Part shown: piece after piece, positions 9,920 through 20,396 of the stretch | How the letters are laid out: each line of letters opens with the position of its first letter | Numbering within the stretch: position 1 is the stretch's first letter | DNA from: Cyanobacteriota bacterium | GTDB lineage: Bacteria; Acidobacteriota; Vicinamibacteria; Vicinamibacterales; UBA2999 | Length of the DNA: 64,000 nucleotides | Direction of reading: 5' to 3' | NCBI GenBank assembly: GCA_019752015.1 | Contig: JAIEMQ010000021.1 | Span: 879 to 64,878 of the forward strand | The notes under the pieces: generated by a model | Database searches by the model: none | What the model was told of the DNA's origin: nothing | Seen by the model: only the letters and a program-made list of their open reading frames with translations | Program-made: the position numbers and the translations under genes

Positions 9920-10941
9920 AGCGCGATCCGGTGGCGGCCGCTATGCAGGTAGTTCATCACCTGAACGGTCAGCAGCACGGTGAATTCCTGGAGCGTGTCG
10001 TCTTCGGTCATGGCGAGGCGCAGCTTCAGCTCGCGGCAGCGGACGATGATGTCTTCGAGGACCTTGTCGATGGTGTATTGGTAGATGCCGGTCCAGTCGG
10101 CGACGATCTTGCGGACGTGGCGCCGATGCCAGCCGAGGAACTGCGCCGCGGTCATGTTGCCGGAATCCTCGGTCGCGTCGGAAAACAGTTTTCGCAAATC
10201 GCGATCGTAGAAGGTGGGGTGATCGACGCCGTAGTGGCGGCGCTTCTTCTTGTAGTGATAGCGCAGGCTGCGATGGAGCCGGCGCAGCGGATCGACTTCC
10301 TCGCACTTGTTGAGGAGCGGCTTGCGGCCGACCAGCGACTGCATCAGATGGTCCATGTATTCGAGCTTCCTGATCGCGCGCCAGCCGGCATAACGCGTCT
10401 TCCAGTCCGACTCCGGCGTCAGCCATACCGCGAAGGTCTCGGCGAAGTCCTCGTCGGGATGACTCTGCGCGTACCATGGATCGAGATGCAGTACGTAGCT
10501 CTTGCTGTACGGCCTCGGCGCGTAGAACTCCGGATACTCCTTCGACGAGCTGCCGAACAGGCGCCGGCGCTGCGTGCGCAGCCGCAGCTGGTAGGCGTTG
10601 TCGATGGCGTGTCCCGCTTCGTGCCGCAGGATGCGCATGCACCATTCGTGCTCGCCGCCCTCGACGGCGAGCATCTGCGCCTTCTCGAGACGCTCCAGCC
10701 GCGGGTGCGCCAGATAGAACGGCACCGCCATCGACACCTGGCCGTCCGGCGTGAACCATTCATCCGAGAGATAGAAGTGCAGCGGAAAATTCAATCCGCG
10801 CGCCGCGAGCTCGCGCTTCAGTTGCTCGAGCCGCGATTCGACGACCGTGCCCTTCAGGCTGAGCGGCAGATCCGACAGACGCAGTTGCAGCAGTTCGTCG
10901 TCACTCAGGTCGGGCCAATTAGAGGAGACCGCTTTCGCCAT
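9916..10941 (-). CDS. Putative zinc metallopeptidase-like protein (HExxH)
   Basis: 'MRILRHEAGHAIDNAY' HExxH motif. 341 aa. Translationally coupled to the ATP-grasp gene. Confidence 0.7.
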   Translation of the reverse strand: MAKAVSSNWPDLSDDELLQLRLSDLPLSLKGTVVESRLEQLKRELAARGLNFPLHFYLSDEWFTPDGQVSMAVPFYLAHPRLERLEKAQMLAVEGGEHEWCMRILRHEAGHAIDNAYQLRLRTQRRRLFGSSSKEYPEFYAPRPYSKSYVLHLDPWYAQSHPDEDFAETFAVWLTPESDWKTRYAGWRAIRKLEYMDHLMQSLVGRKPLLNKCEEVDPLRRLHRSLRYHYKKKRRHYGVDHPTFYDRDLRKLFSDATEDSGNMTAAQFLGWHRRHVRKIVADWTGIYQYTIDKVLEDIIVRCRELKLRLAMTEDDTLQEFTVLLTVQVMNYLHSGRHRIAL

Positions 10942-10953
10942 CAGTCAGTCGAA

Positions 10954-11030
10954 TGGTGCGCTCGGCAGGACTCGAACCTGCGGCCCTCTGGTTCGAAGCC
11001 AGATGCTCTATCCAACTGAGCTACGAGCGC
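10954..11030 (-). tRNA. tRNA-Arg (anticodon UCG), CCA encoded
   Basis: The reverse complement reads GCGCTCGTAGCTCAGTTGGATAGAGCATCTGGCTTCGAACCAGAGGGCCGCAGGTTCGAGTCCTGCCGAGCGCACCA. It has cloverleaf arms and a C-T-TCG-A-A anticodon loop. Confidence 0.9.
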
Positions 11031-11162
11031 ACAAGGGCTTCATTATCCCTCAGACACCGGCTAAGGATTTTCCAAGAATCTTCGGCGAAACGTTTGTGCG
11101 CTTTTCGCCATTCAGGGTAGGCGGCGCGGTGGACCGCGCCGTAATCAACGCGTCCCCTGGAG

Positions 11163-12471
11163 GTGCTCGTGGAATCTTTGCGCCGAAACAAGATCTGGTC
11201 CCTCTGTGCAATTACGCTGCTGTCGCTGCCGCTGATACCGGCTTCCGGCACCGTTTACGCACAGCAAGGCAGTAACGTGATCATTGCCTGCGTTGCCAAC
11301 AACGGCTCACTGCGGTACGTCGACCACGCGTCGGAGTGCCGCAACCGCGAAGAAGTCGTGCAATGGAACATCCGCGGCCCACGCGGCCCGGAAGGCGACA
11401 GAGGTCCAGCGGGCCCGAACGGCGCGCCCGGTGCGGCCGGCGCACAGGGCCCGAAAGGTGATACCGGCGCGGCCGGCCCACAGGGTCCCACGGGTGCGCA
11501 AGGCCCGAAGGGTGACACGGGCGCGACTGGCGCCGCCGGTCCGCAGGGGCCGGCAGGTCCGCAGGGTGACACCGGCGCCACGGGCGCGCAGGGTCCGGCG
11601 GGCGCACAGGGCGCGAAGGGCGATACTGGCGCGCAAGGTCCGCAAGGCGAGATCGGTGCGGCCGGCGCGCAGGGGCCCGCGGGCGCCGCAGGTCCGCAGG
11701 GTGAGCAGGGTCCCGCAAGGTCCGCAAGGTGCGCAGGGACCTGCCGGTGAATCGATCGCGTCGAATGGCGAATTGACGGTCGATGGCGATCAGCTGAACA
11801 TCATTGTCCCGCCGGGACCGCCGGGAGTCGAGCAACTCGATGCGTCGGTCGGATCCTTTGGTGCCACGGGAACCGCGTATGGCTGCTCGATCAGTTCGTG
11901 CTACCAGACCTTCACAGCGCTGGCGACGGGCAAGATGAACGCCGTGCGGCTCAAGCACACCTCGGGCGGCGGCGCGACGCTCACGTTCAGGATTCGTGAG
12001 GGCAACGGCCTCGGTGGCAATGTCCTTTACGAGGGGACGCACTTCGCCGACTGGCAGAATGCGAAGTTCGTATTCAACGCCGTCTCGGCGCCGAATCTCG
12101 TCGCCGGGCAGGTGTACACGATTCAGGTCGTCCCGCCTTACGACTACTTCGGTCTCTACGTCGCGTTCAACGATTACAACGGCGGCGCGGCGACCATGCC
12201 CGGCTATCCAGGCGGCTATGACATGGTCTTCAGCGTGTTCGTCACGCCGAATTCGCCGGCGCCGGGGTCGAACATCTTCATGAACCAGGCCGGCAACATC
12301 GGCATCAACACCACGTCGCCGACGAGCACGCTCGAAGTCGCGAGCGGAGACGTCGAACTGTCTACGGCCGGCAGGGGAATCATTCTCCGCAGCCCGGATG
12401 GTATGAGCTGCCGTCGCGTGTCGATCGACAACGCGGGGTCCCTGGTGCTGACGGTCGTCACATGCCAGTAA
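11163..12471 (+). pseudogene. Secreted collagen-like (Gly-X-Y) repeat protein with a globular C-terminal domain, interrupted by a 1-nt frame shift
   Basis: Signal peptide, then about 45 GXY triplets in frame 0 up to 11714. The GXY repeat and the C-terminal domain ('...NQAGNIGINTTSPTSTLEVASGDVEL...') continue in frame +1. The switch maps to the CCC run at 11712-11714. A start at GTG 11169 after GGAGG is also possible. Confidence 0.7.
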
Positions 12472-12509
12472 GCTGATCCAGCGCACGCGCCGGGCGCGGA
12501 TCACTCGAC

Positions 12510-12539
12510 GCCGGCTGTCCCCAGGACAGCCGGCGTTTT

Positions 12540-12540
<1 letters not shown>
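12510..12540 (+). terminator. Rho-independent terminator
   Basis: 11-bp perfect stem gccggctgtcc/ggacagccggc with a 3-nt loop, followed by gTTTTT. It lies directly after the collagen-like gene. Confidence 0.8.
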
Positions 12541-13171
<631 letters not shown>

Positions 13172-13175
<4 letters not shown>

Positions 13176-14641
13176 TTCTTCATTCTAGCGGAGACGATTC
13201 CCCACGACGCAATCGCGGCACTGACCAGCAGGAGCGCCGCTGACAGCGGCTGCGTGGCGAACACGGTCCAGTCGCCCTGGCTGATCGCCAGCGCGCGCCG
13301 CAAGTGCTGCTCCGCGGCCGGGCCGAGGATGAGCCCGATCATCACCGGTGCGATCGGCGCACCGATCGCGCGCAGCAGGAATCCGACGACGCCGATCGCC
13401 GCCATCAGCAGCAGATCGCCGGCCGATCGATGCACGCTGTAGGCGCCGAGCGACGCGACGACGAGGATGCCGCCGTAGAGCCACGGCCGCGGAATCGACA
13501 GCAGCTTGACCCACAGACCGACGAGCGGAAGGTTGAGGACGAGCAACATCGCGTTGCCGACATAGAGGCTGGCGATGACGCCCCACACCAGCGCCGATTC
13601 ATGCTCGAACAGCAGCGGGCCCGGCTGCAGGCCGAACTGCTGAAACGCGGCGAGCAGCACTGCCGCCGTGGCGGAGGTCGGCAAGCCAAGTGTCAGTAGC
13701 GGCACCAACGTGCCGGCGGCAGACGCGTTGTTCGCGGCCTCGGGCCCGGCGACGGCTTCGATCGCGCCGCGGCCGAATTCTTCGGGGCGGCGGGCGAGAC
13801 GCTTTTCGATCGCGTACGACATCAACGTCGGCAGCTCCGCGCCGCCGGCCGGCAGCGCGCCGAGCGGGAATCCGATCGCGGTGCCGCGCAGCCACGGCTT
13901 CCACGATCGCGACCACTCGTCAGCGGTCATCAACAGCGATCCGCGAACCGGCAGCAGCTCATCGATCGCCGGTCCGCGGCTCGCGACCCATAACGTTTCG
14001 CCAATCGCGAAGAGACCGATCGCGACAATGACCGGATCGATGCCGTCGAGAAGATACGGGATGCCGAAGGTGAACCGCGCGTGTCCGCTGAGACCGTCGA
14101 TGCCGACGAATCCGAGCGTCAATCCCAACAACAGGCTGAGCCAACCCTTCAATCTCGAATCGCCGAGCATGGTCGTCACCATGACGAAGGCGAGCACCAT
14201 CAACGCAAAGTACTCCGCGGATCCGAAGGCGAGGGCGAGCTTCACCATCAGCGGCGCGGTGACGCTGAGCGCAAGGGTGGCGAGGGTGCCGGCGACGAAC
14301 GATCCGATCGCCGCGGTGGCGAGCGCCGCACCCGCGCGGCCGTTCCTCGCCATTTGATGTCCGTCGAGCGCCGTCACGATCGTCGAGCTCTCACCGGGCG
14401 TATTCAGCAGGATCGACGTCGTCGAGCCGCCGTACATCGCGCCGTAGTAGATGCCGGCGAACATGATCAGCGCCGCGGTGGGATCGAGTCCGTAGGTGAC
14501 CGGCAGCAACAATGCGACCGTCAACGCGGGGCCAATGCCGGGCAACACGCCGACGGCGGTGCCGAGCGTCGTGCCGGCGAGGCCCCACATCAGATTTTCG
14601 GGAGTCAGAGCGACCGCAAACCCCGCCAGCAAATCGCCCAT
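13172..14641 (-). CDS. tctA: Tripartite tricarboxylate transporter, large permease TctA
   Basis: 489 aa polytopic protein with TctA-like motifs: 'GVLPGIGP', '[15 protein letters not shown]', 'GPEAANNA'. Confidence 0.85.
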
Positions 14642-16011
14642 CAGGGAAAGCCGGGGAGCGCGACGCCAAGCCCGCGCGTGAAGAGGAGGAAGAGCGCCAG
14701 CGAAAACGCTGCGCCGACGATCAGATCAGCCGCGACAGAGCGAACGCTAAACGGCCGTGCGCGCAGAGTTGTCGCCGCGATCGCGAACAGCAGCGTTGAC
14801 GATGCGACGAATCCAAGACTGACGAACACCACCGGCAGGATCAGCAGCGCGCCAATGATCGCGCCGGTCATCCGCAGGCCCTGGAACCTGACCGGCAATG
14901 TGGCTCCCGCGAGCGACATCATGGTCAGAATCCAAACGCCAGCAAAACAGATTGCGATGGCATTCGGCAGCGAAGACGGCGTCAACGTGAGGGCCAGCCT
15001 GGTTGGGGACGCGCTGTTGGTCGCGGACAGACGGCGCAAGACATCTTCAATGCGCGATTGCTCCGCCAACAGGAACTGTTTCAGCGCCGGTCCCGTGAGG
15101 AATTGATCGTCCCAGCCATTCTGCGCGAGCGCCGCTCGCCATTCGGCGCTCGTCGCGACCCGGGTGATTCGAGCCGTCAGCGCCTCTTGTTCTGCGGCGG
15201 AAAGTCCGGGCGGTGCCACGATCGCGCGCCAGTTGGCGAGATCGAGCGCGATGCCCGACTCGCGCAGCGTCGGCGCGTCGATGCCGCTCACTCGCAATGC
15301 CGACGAAATCGCCAGCACCCGCAGCTCGCCGGCGGCGATCTGTCCCGCGAACTCCGCATAGCCGCTGACCGCGGCTGACAGTTGCCCGCCGAGCACCGCC
15401 GCGAGCGCGGCGCCGCCTCCGGAGAATGCGATGTAATTCACGCTCGATGCGGGCAGGCCGATTTGCTCGGCCAGCAACCGCACCAGCAGATCATCCGTGC
15501 CGCCCGCCGATCCGCCGCCCCACGACACGCTGCCCGGATTCTTCTTGAACGCTTCGAGCAAATCATTCAGCGAGCGAAACGGACTCGAGGCGGGCACGAC
15601 GATGACTTCGTATTCGCCGATGAGGCGCGCGATCGGGGTGGTGTCGGCCAGCGAGACGGGCGAGCCGTTCATGATCACGCCGCTGACCATCACCAGCCCG
15701 GTGACCATCAGCGCACCCGGGTTGCCGCGCTCCGACTGGATGAACCGCGCCAGGCCGATCGTGCCCGCCGCGCCGGGAACGTTGTCGACCTGGACGCTGA
15801 CGCCCGGCTCGATCTGCGCGAGCACGCGCTGCATGGCGCGCGCGGTCTGGTCCCAGCCGCCGCCCGGAGCGGCCGGCGCGGTGATCGCGAGTGGCTGTCC
15901 GGTGACGAGCGTTGGCAGTAACAACGAGATCGCGACGACCAGAAATCGCACCAGGGGATTGTATGCCCGGCAAGTAGTCTCCACCCGGCGAGACGCGAGC
16001 ACCCCCGGCAT
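14641..16011 (-). CDS. TctC (Bug-family periplasmic binding protein) fused in frame to a TctB-like 4-TM small permease
   Basis: The N-terminal ~320 aa is Bug/TctC-like ('[12 protein letters not shown]', 'YIAFSGGG', 'PTLRESG...[11 protein letters not shown]'). The C-terminal ~120 aa is hydrophobic and ends '...[17 protein letters not shown]', which is TctB-like. There is no stop between the two parts. The true start is probably internal (for example V in '[12 protein letters not shown]'). Confidence 0.7.
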   Translation of the reverse strand: MPGVLASRRVETTCRAYNPLVRFLVVAISLLLPTLVTGQPLAITAPAAPGGGWDQTARAMQRVLAQIEPGVSVQVDNVPGAAGTIGLARFIQSERGNPGALMVTGLVMVSGVIMNGSPVSLADTTPIARLIGEYEVIVVPASSPFRSLNDLLEAFKKNPGSVSWGGGSAGGTDDLLVRLLAEQIGLPASSVNYIAFSGGGAALAAVLGGQLSAAVSGYAEFAGQIAAGELRVLAISSALRVSGIDAPTLRESGIALDLANWRAIVAPPGLSAAEQEALTARITRVATSAEWRAALAQNGWDDQFLTGPALKQFLLAEQSRIEDVLRRLSATNSASPTRLALTLTPSSLPNAIAICFAGVWILTMMSLAGATLPVRFQGLRMTGAIIGALLILPVVFVSLGFVASSTLLFAIAATTLRARPFSVRSVAADLIVGAAFSLALFLLFTRGLGVALPGFP

Positions 16012-16040
16012 GAAGCCGGCCTCCCCGGCTAGAATCTTTT

Positions 16041-16949
16041 ATGCGTTATCAGCACTACGACGTGTTCACGGACACGATGTTCGAAGGCAACCAGCTCGCC
16101 GTGTTCGAAGACGCGCGCGGATTATCGAGCGCGCAGATGCAGGCGATCACCAGGGAGATGAACTTTTCCGAGTGCACGTTCCTCCTGCCGGTCGAAGCCG
16201 CGGGCACCGACATCCGCATGCGCATCTTCACGCCAGGCCGCGAGCTGCCGATGGCGGGGCACCCCGTGATCGGCAGCACGTTCGCGCTCGCCGATCTCGG
16301 CGTGATCAAGAAGGGGCAGGCGAGCTTCGTGTTCGGCCTCAACGTCGGCCCGACCAGGGTGGAGTTGACCTGGGAAGGCGATCGCCTCTCGTTCGCGTGG
16401 ATGGATCAGCGCACGCCGGAGTTCCGCGAACCCGTCTCGCCGCGGCCGGCGATCATTCGTTCGGTGGGTCTTGATCCGTCAGCCGTCGATGCGACGGGAT
16501 TGCCGATCGAAGAGGTGTCGTGCGGCAACGCCTTCGTGCTGGTTCCGGTGAAGACGCGGGAGGCGGTCGACGCCGCCGACGCCGACGTCCCGGCGATGAA
16601 GAAGTTGCAGAGCGCGTTTCCCGGCGGCCACGTCGGCGTGCTGTTTTTCACGATGGATACCCGCGATCCGAACGTGACGGTTTACAGCCGCATGTTCGCG
16701 CCGAGCGCCGGCATTGTCGAAGATCCCGCGACCGGCAGCGCGGCCGGTCCACTGGGAAGTTACCTGGTGAAGCACGGCCTCGTGCATCGCAACGAGATGC
16801 GGGACATGGTGAACCTGCAAGGCGCGGTGATGGGCCGGCCGAGCCGCCTGCACATGCGCATCGAGGAAGAAGAGGGCGCGATCTCGCGCGTGCAGGCCGG
16901 CGGGCAGTCGGTGCTGGTCGGCTCGGGACAGATCAATCTACGGGGCTAG
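16041..16949 (+). CDS. PhzF-family isomerase-like protein
   Basis: '[46 protein letters not shown]' is a PhzF N-terminal signature. 302 aa. Confidence 0.85.
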   Translation: MRYQHYDVFTDTMFEGNQLAVFEDARGLSSAQMQAITREMNFSECTFLLPVEAAGTDIRMRIFTPGRELPMAGHPVIGSTFALADLGVIKKGQASFVFGLNVGPTRVELTWEGDRLSFAWMDQRTPEFREPVSPRPAIIRSVGLDPSAVDATGLPIEEVSCGNAFVLVPVKTREAVDAADADVPAMKKLQSAFPGGHVGVLFFTMDTRDPNVTVYSRMFAPSAGIVEDPATGSAAGPLGSYLVKHGLVHRNEMRDMVNLQGAVMGRPSRLHMRIEEEEGAISRVQAGGQSVLVGSGQINLRG

Positions 16950-17576
16950 CCGCGATCGCGACCACGATCCGTCCGCCTGGCGCGTGTAGAGCAGACGATC
17001 GTGCAGGCGGCTCGTGCGGCCCTGCCAGAATTCGATCGCGTCGGGCTTCAGGCGATAGCCACCCCAGTTTGCGGGCCGCGGCACTTGCGAGTCCTTGTGC
17101 TTCGCGGCCAGCTCCTCGAACTTCCGCTCGAGCAACGATCGATCGGCGATCGGCCGGCTCTGATCGGAGATCGCCGCGCCGATCTGGCTCTCGATCGGCC
17201 GTGAATGAAAATACTGATCGGATTCAGCGGCGGTCGTCTTCGTCACCGATCCGTTGATGCGCACCTGCCGCTCGAGCTCCGCCCAGAAAAACAGCAGTGA
17301 CGCGCGCGGATTGGCGGCGAGGTCGCGGCCCTTCGCGCTGTCGTAGTTGGTGTAGAAGACGAAACCGTTTTCGTCGGCCCCCTTTAGCAGTACGGTGCGC
17401 GCCGACGGCTCGCCCTTCGCGGACGCGGTCGCCAGCGTCATGGCGTTGACATCGAGCAGCTGCGATTTCAGCGCCTCGTCGAACCAGATCGTGAATTGCG
17501 CGATCGGATCGGCGTGCGCGTCCTTCTCGTCGAGCGCGCGGCTCGCGTATTCGCGGCGAAGATCGGTCAGCGTCAT
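16938..17576 (-). CDS. pdxH: Pyridoxamine 5'-phosphate oxidase
   Basis: 212 aa from '[10 protein letters not shown]...' with '[10 protein letters not shown]...[13 protein letters not shown]', '[15 protein letters not shown]'. ATG overlaps the stop of the upstream 930-aa gene (ATGA). The rest of the 404-aa ORF is a spurious extension. Confidence 0.9.
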   Translation of the reverse strand: MTLTDLRREYASRALDEKDAHADPIAQFTIWFDEALKSQLLDVNAMTLATASAKGEPSARTVLLKGADENGFVFYTNYDSAKGRDLAANPRASLLFFWAELERQVRINGSVTKTTAAESDQYFHSRPIESQIGAAISDQSRPIADRSLLERKFEELAAKHKDSQVPRPANWGGYRLKPDAIEFWQGRTSRLHDRLLYTRQADGSWSRSRLAP

Positions 17577-20365
17577 GGCTTGCTCTCCGTAGCCTTGGCG
17601 GAGGAGGGTTTGACTTCCACCCAGACGCCCAGGAATCGTCGATCGGTGGACTTCGGGTCGGCGTCTCTTGGATAGAAACCCGTTTCGGCGGTGATCGTCA
17701 ACGGCACGACGCCGCTCGGGAATTGCGGCAGCTCGACTTCCGCGGCCTGCCCCGGCACGAGATCGTACGATTGCTGCCAGCCAAACGTGCTGATCGTGAC
17801 TGAGTTTGCCGCGGCGCCCGGGTGCATGCGCAGCACGACCGGCGCGGTGTGGCCCGGCGGCGTCGCGACGGTGACCTGCGATGCCTGCCCGCCGATCGTC
17901 CAGAAGCCCTGCGCCTCCGGATACAGCTGCTCGGTGTGAAAGTAGAACGTGGCGCCAGGATAGTTCGCGGCGGCGAGCACGGTCGGCACGAGTGGGCGCG
18001 AACCAGCATCGACCACGGTTGACGGCGTGATCGTGATTGCGTCGATCGCGCGCTCGACTTCGTTGGTGCCGCGCAGGCCCACAAAGCTGGCGTCGACCGG
18101 CAGCCACAACATCGTCTTCCACTGCGATCCCGGCTGCGGCTGAATCGTCCACGTCTGGACCGGCGGACCATTGCGGCCGACCTGCAGTGCCAGCGACACG
18201 CCGTCGGCGGGCAGGCGATCGTTGAACTGCACCGCGATGTCGTAGGTGCCGGCCGGCAGCGAGAAGCGGCCGTTGTGAATGACGCGCACCGGCTGCTTGT
18301 CGTTTCGCTGCATCGGCTTCACGCCAAGCACGAGCTGCGGCAGCGCATCGACCGCCGCTTCCTTACGCAACGGGTCGTAGACGATCGACGCGGGCCGCGC
18401 GCGCGCGTCGAATCCATCGAGCGCGGCGAGACGCGCCCGCGCGCCGAGATCGATCGCGTGCGTTTCGCTCCGCCCCGACGGCAGCCACGGCGCCGTGATC
18501 GCGATGGCGATCAACGCCATCGTGCACGTGGAGAACGCGATCAGCGCCGACACGCCGGCGCGCGCGTGCCGCAGGCGCGAGAGCAGCAGCGCCGCGCCGA
18601 ACGCAATCGCCAGCCACCACACCGTCAACAGCCACGCGATCGTCCAGTGCTGGCCGATGAAGCTCGGCGCCAGCGACCAGAGCTCCCAGCGCGGCGACCA
18701 GAAATCCAGCAGCGCGGACGTGCCGTCGCGCGCGTTGTTGATCAGCAGTCCGTCCTGGCCGATCGCCAGCGTGATCGCGATGCCGGCGCCGATCCACAGC
18801 AACAGATGCTGAGCGGCGCGCTGCGCCGATCCGGCCGGCACCGCGCGGAAGGCGGCGGCGATCGGCAGCATCAGCAGAGGAAGCCCCGATGCGAGCGGCC
18901 GCGCCGGAGCCGATGTGCCGCCCCACCAGATGCCGAACGCGCCGACCATCAGCAGCAGAGACGCGAATATAAAGGTGATCTCGATGGCCGGCCGGCGGAG
19001 CTCGCCACCGGATCGCCACATCTGATAAAGGCCCGTCGCAGCGAGAATGTAGACCGGCGCGTACGCGAGCAGCCCATACTCCTGATCGAACAGCAATCCG
19101 GGCGCACCGAAACGCAGATTGAGCGGAGTTGTCTGAACCAGCGATCCGTACGGCGCCATTGGTAACGGCGTTCCCCAGATCGCGTAGAAAAATGCGAACC
19201 ACCCCGCCAGTGAGATCGCATAAATGGCGACGACCGTGATCATTTGGGGCCAGCCCCCGGATGTTGCACGCCGAAGTCGAAGGAGAACGACGAGGAGAAG
19301 TGCGGCTGACATCGGCGCGTACTTGGTGCTCAGCCACGGCAGCGAGGCGATCGCTACGGCAACGGCAATCCAGCGCGCCATGCCGGCGTCCGTTCTCGCC
19401 GCACCGGTGAGCGCGAAGATCACCGCCACCGCCGCCGCGATCTCCGGATAGACCGTAAAGGTGTTGAACGTGAACGGCGCCGACAGCGCGATCGCCGCCC
19501 ATGCGAACGTGGCTGCGCCGGGCGCGTTGAGCATCGTGACCGTCCACCGCCAGGCGAGCGTAACCGCGAGGGCGCCGAGCGCGATCAGGAACCACACCGT
19601 GCCCTGGTAGCCGCCCAGCGCGTAAACCGGCGCGAGGATCACGGCGAGGCCGACCGGATGGATCGAATAGATCTCGCCATTTGATCCGCGCGTCAGGTAG
19701 TGCGGCTCCAGATCCGACGTGAAGTACTCACGGTAGTCGCCGCGCTCGTGGTTGTTCTCGATCTTCAGGTCGCCGTCGCGCCACAGGCTCTGCGCCATCA
19801 CGAGGTAATGCGGCTCGTCGCCCGACGGAAACAGAGACGTGCCGGTGAGCTTTCTCGCCGCCAGCCCCGCCACCGCCATCGTCGCAATGAAAATCACGAT
19901 CGCGATCGTCGTCACGCTCCACCGCTCGATCGCGCGCGCAGTGATGAGCCGCGATTGCCACAACGTCCACACCTGCAGCGCCGCGACGACGAGCCACACG
20001 ATGGCGCCGAGCGGACCGGACAGCGCCTGCAAGGCCGGCCATCGATCGGGAACGAAGGGCAGGAACGGCATCAACAACACGATCAACGAGAAGGCGGGCA
20101 GCACCAGATCGCCGAGCCGCGGCCGTCGCGTCGACGTGGTCGTGCCTCGAGGCGCGTTGAGATGATCGATGCCGACGAGCAGCAGCCCGCCGAAACACAT
20201 GAAGCCGACCAGCGCCTGCCACGGCGGCAGCATGGCGAACCGGATCACGCCGCTCGGAGTCACGGTCTGATCGAGCACGCCCCTCGTCACGTACAGCGCG
20301 AGGCCCGTGACGATGCACGCGGCCGCCGGCCACAGGACCGGCGTCGTGACCTTCTCACTCGACAT
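17573..20365 (-). CDS. Large polytopic membrane protein with a C-terminal soluble beta-rich domain; GT-C (ArnT/PMT)-like glycosyltransferase candidate
   Basis: 930 aa. More than 12 hydrophobic helices. Loop motif '[25 protein letters not shown]' resembles the acidic first-loop motif of GT-C enzymes. The functional call is tentative. Confidence 0.6.
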   Translation of the reverse strand: MSSEKVTTPVLWPAAACIVTGLALYVTRGVLDQTVTPSGVIRFAMLPPWQALVGFMCFGGLLLVGIDHLNAPRGTTTSTRRPRLGDLVLPAFSLIVLLMPFLPFVPDRWPALQALSGPLGAIVWLVVAALQVWTLWQSRLITARAIERWSVTTIAIVIFIATMAVAGLAARKLTGTSLFPSGDEPHYLVMAQSLWRDGDLKIENNHERGDYREYFTSDLEPHYLTRGSNGEIYSIHPVGLAVILAPVYALGGYQGTVWFLIALGALAVTLAWRWTVTMLNAPGAATFAWAAIALSAPFTFNTFTVYPEIAAAVAVIFALTGAARTDAGMARWIAVAVAIASLPWLSTKYAPMSAALLLVVLLRLRRATSGGWPQMITVVAIYAISLAGWFAFFYAIWGTPLPMAPYGSLVQTTPLNLRFGAPGLLFDQEYGLLAYAPVYILAATGLYQMWRSGGELRRPAIEITFIFASLLLMVGAFGIWWGGTSAPARPLASGLPLLMLPIAAAFRAVPAGSAQRAAQHLLLWIGAGIAITLAIGQDGLLINNARDGTSALLDFWSPRWELWSLAPSFIGQHWTIAWLLTVWWLAIAFGAALLLSRLRHARAGVSALIAFSTCTMALIAIAITAPWLPSGRSETHAIDLGARARLAALDGFDARARPASIVYDPLRKEAAVDALPQLVLGVKPMQRNDKQPVRVIHNGRFSLPAGTYDIAVQFNDRLPADGVSLALQVGRNGPPVQTWTIQPQPGSQWKTMLWLPVDASFVGLRGTNEVERAIDAITITPSTVVDAGSRPLVPTVLAAANYPGATFYFHTEQLYPEAQGFWTIGGQASQVTVATPPGHTAPVVLRMHPGAAANSVTISTFGWQQSYDLVPGQAAEVELPQFPSGVVPLTITAETGFYPRDADPKSTDRRFLGVWVEVKPSSAKATESKP

Positions 20366-20396
20366 CCGTCAGTGATTCTACATAGGATTTCTGCCC

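Noticed and set aside
9841-11019. 392-aa + strand ORF running across the tRNA-Arg gene
   Set aside because: It is antisense to the metallopeptidase-like gene and reads through a tRNA. It has no motifs.
11390-11760. Periodic 9-nt/27-nt repetition considered as a possible CRISPR or satellite array
   Set aside because: The periodicity is the coding Gly-X-Y repeat of a collagen-like protein. There are no conserved direct repeats separated by unique spacers.
17577-18152. N-terminal extension of the 404-aa ORF containing pdxH
   Set aside because: The extension overlaps the 3' end of the 930-aa membrane protein gene in another frame and is Arg-rich. PdxH homology begins at '[10 protein letters not shown]' (ATG 17576), giving a normal 212-aa PdxH.
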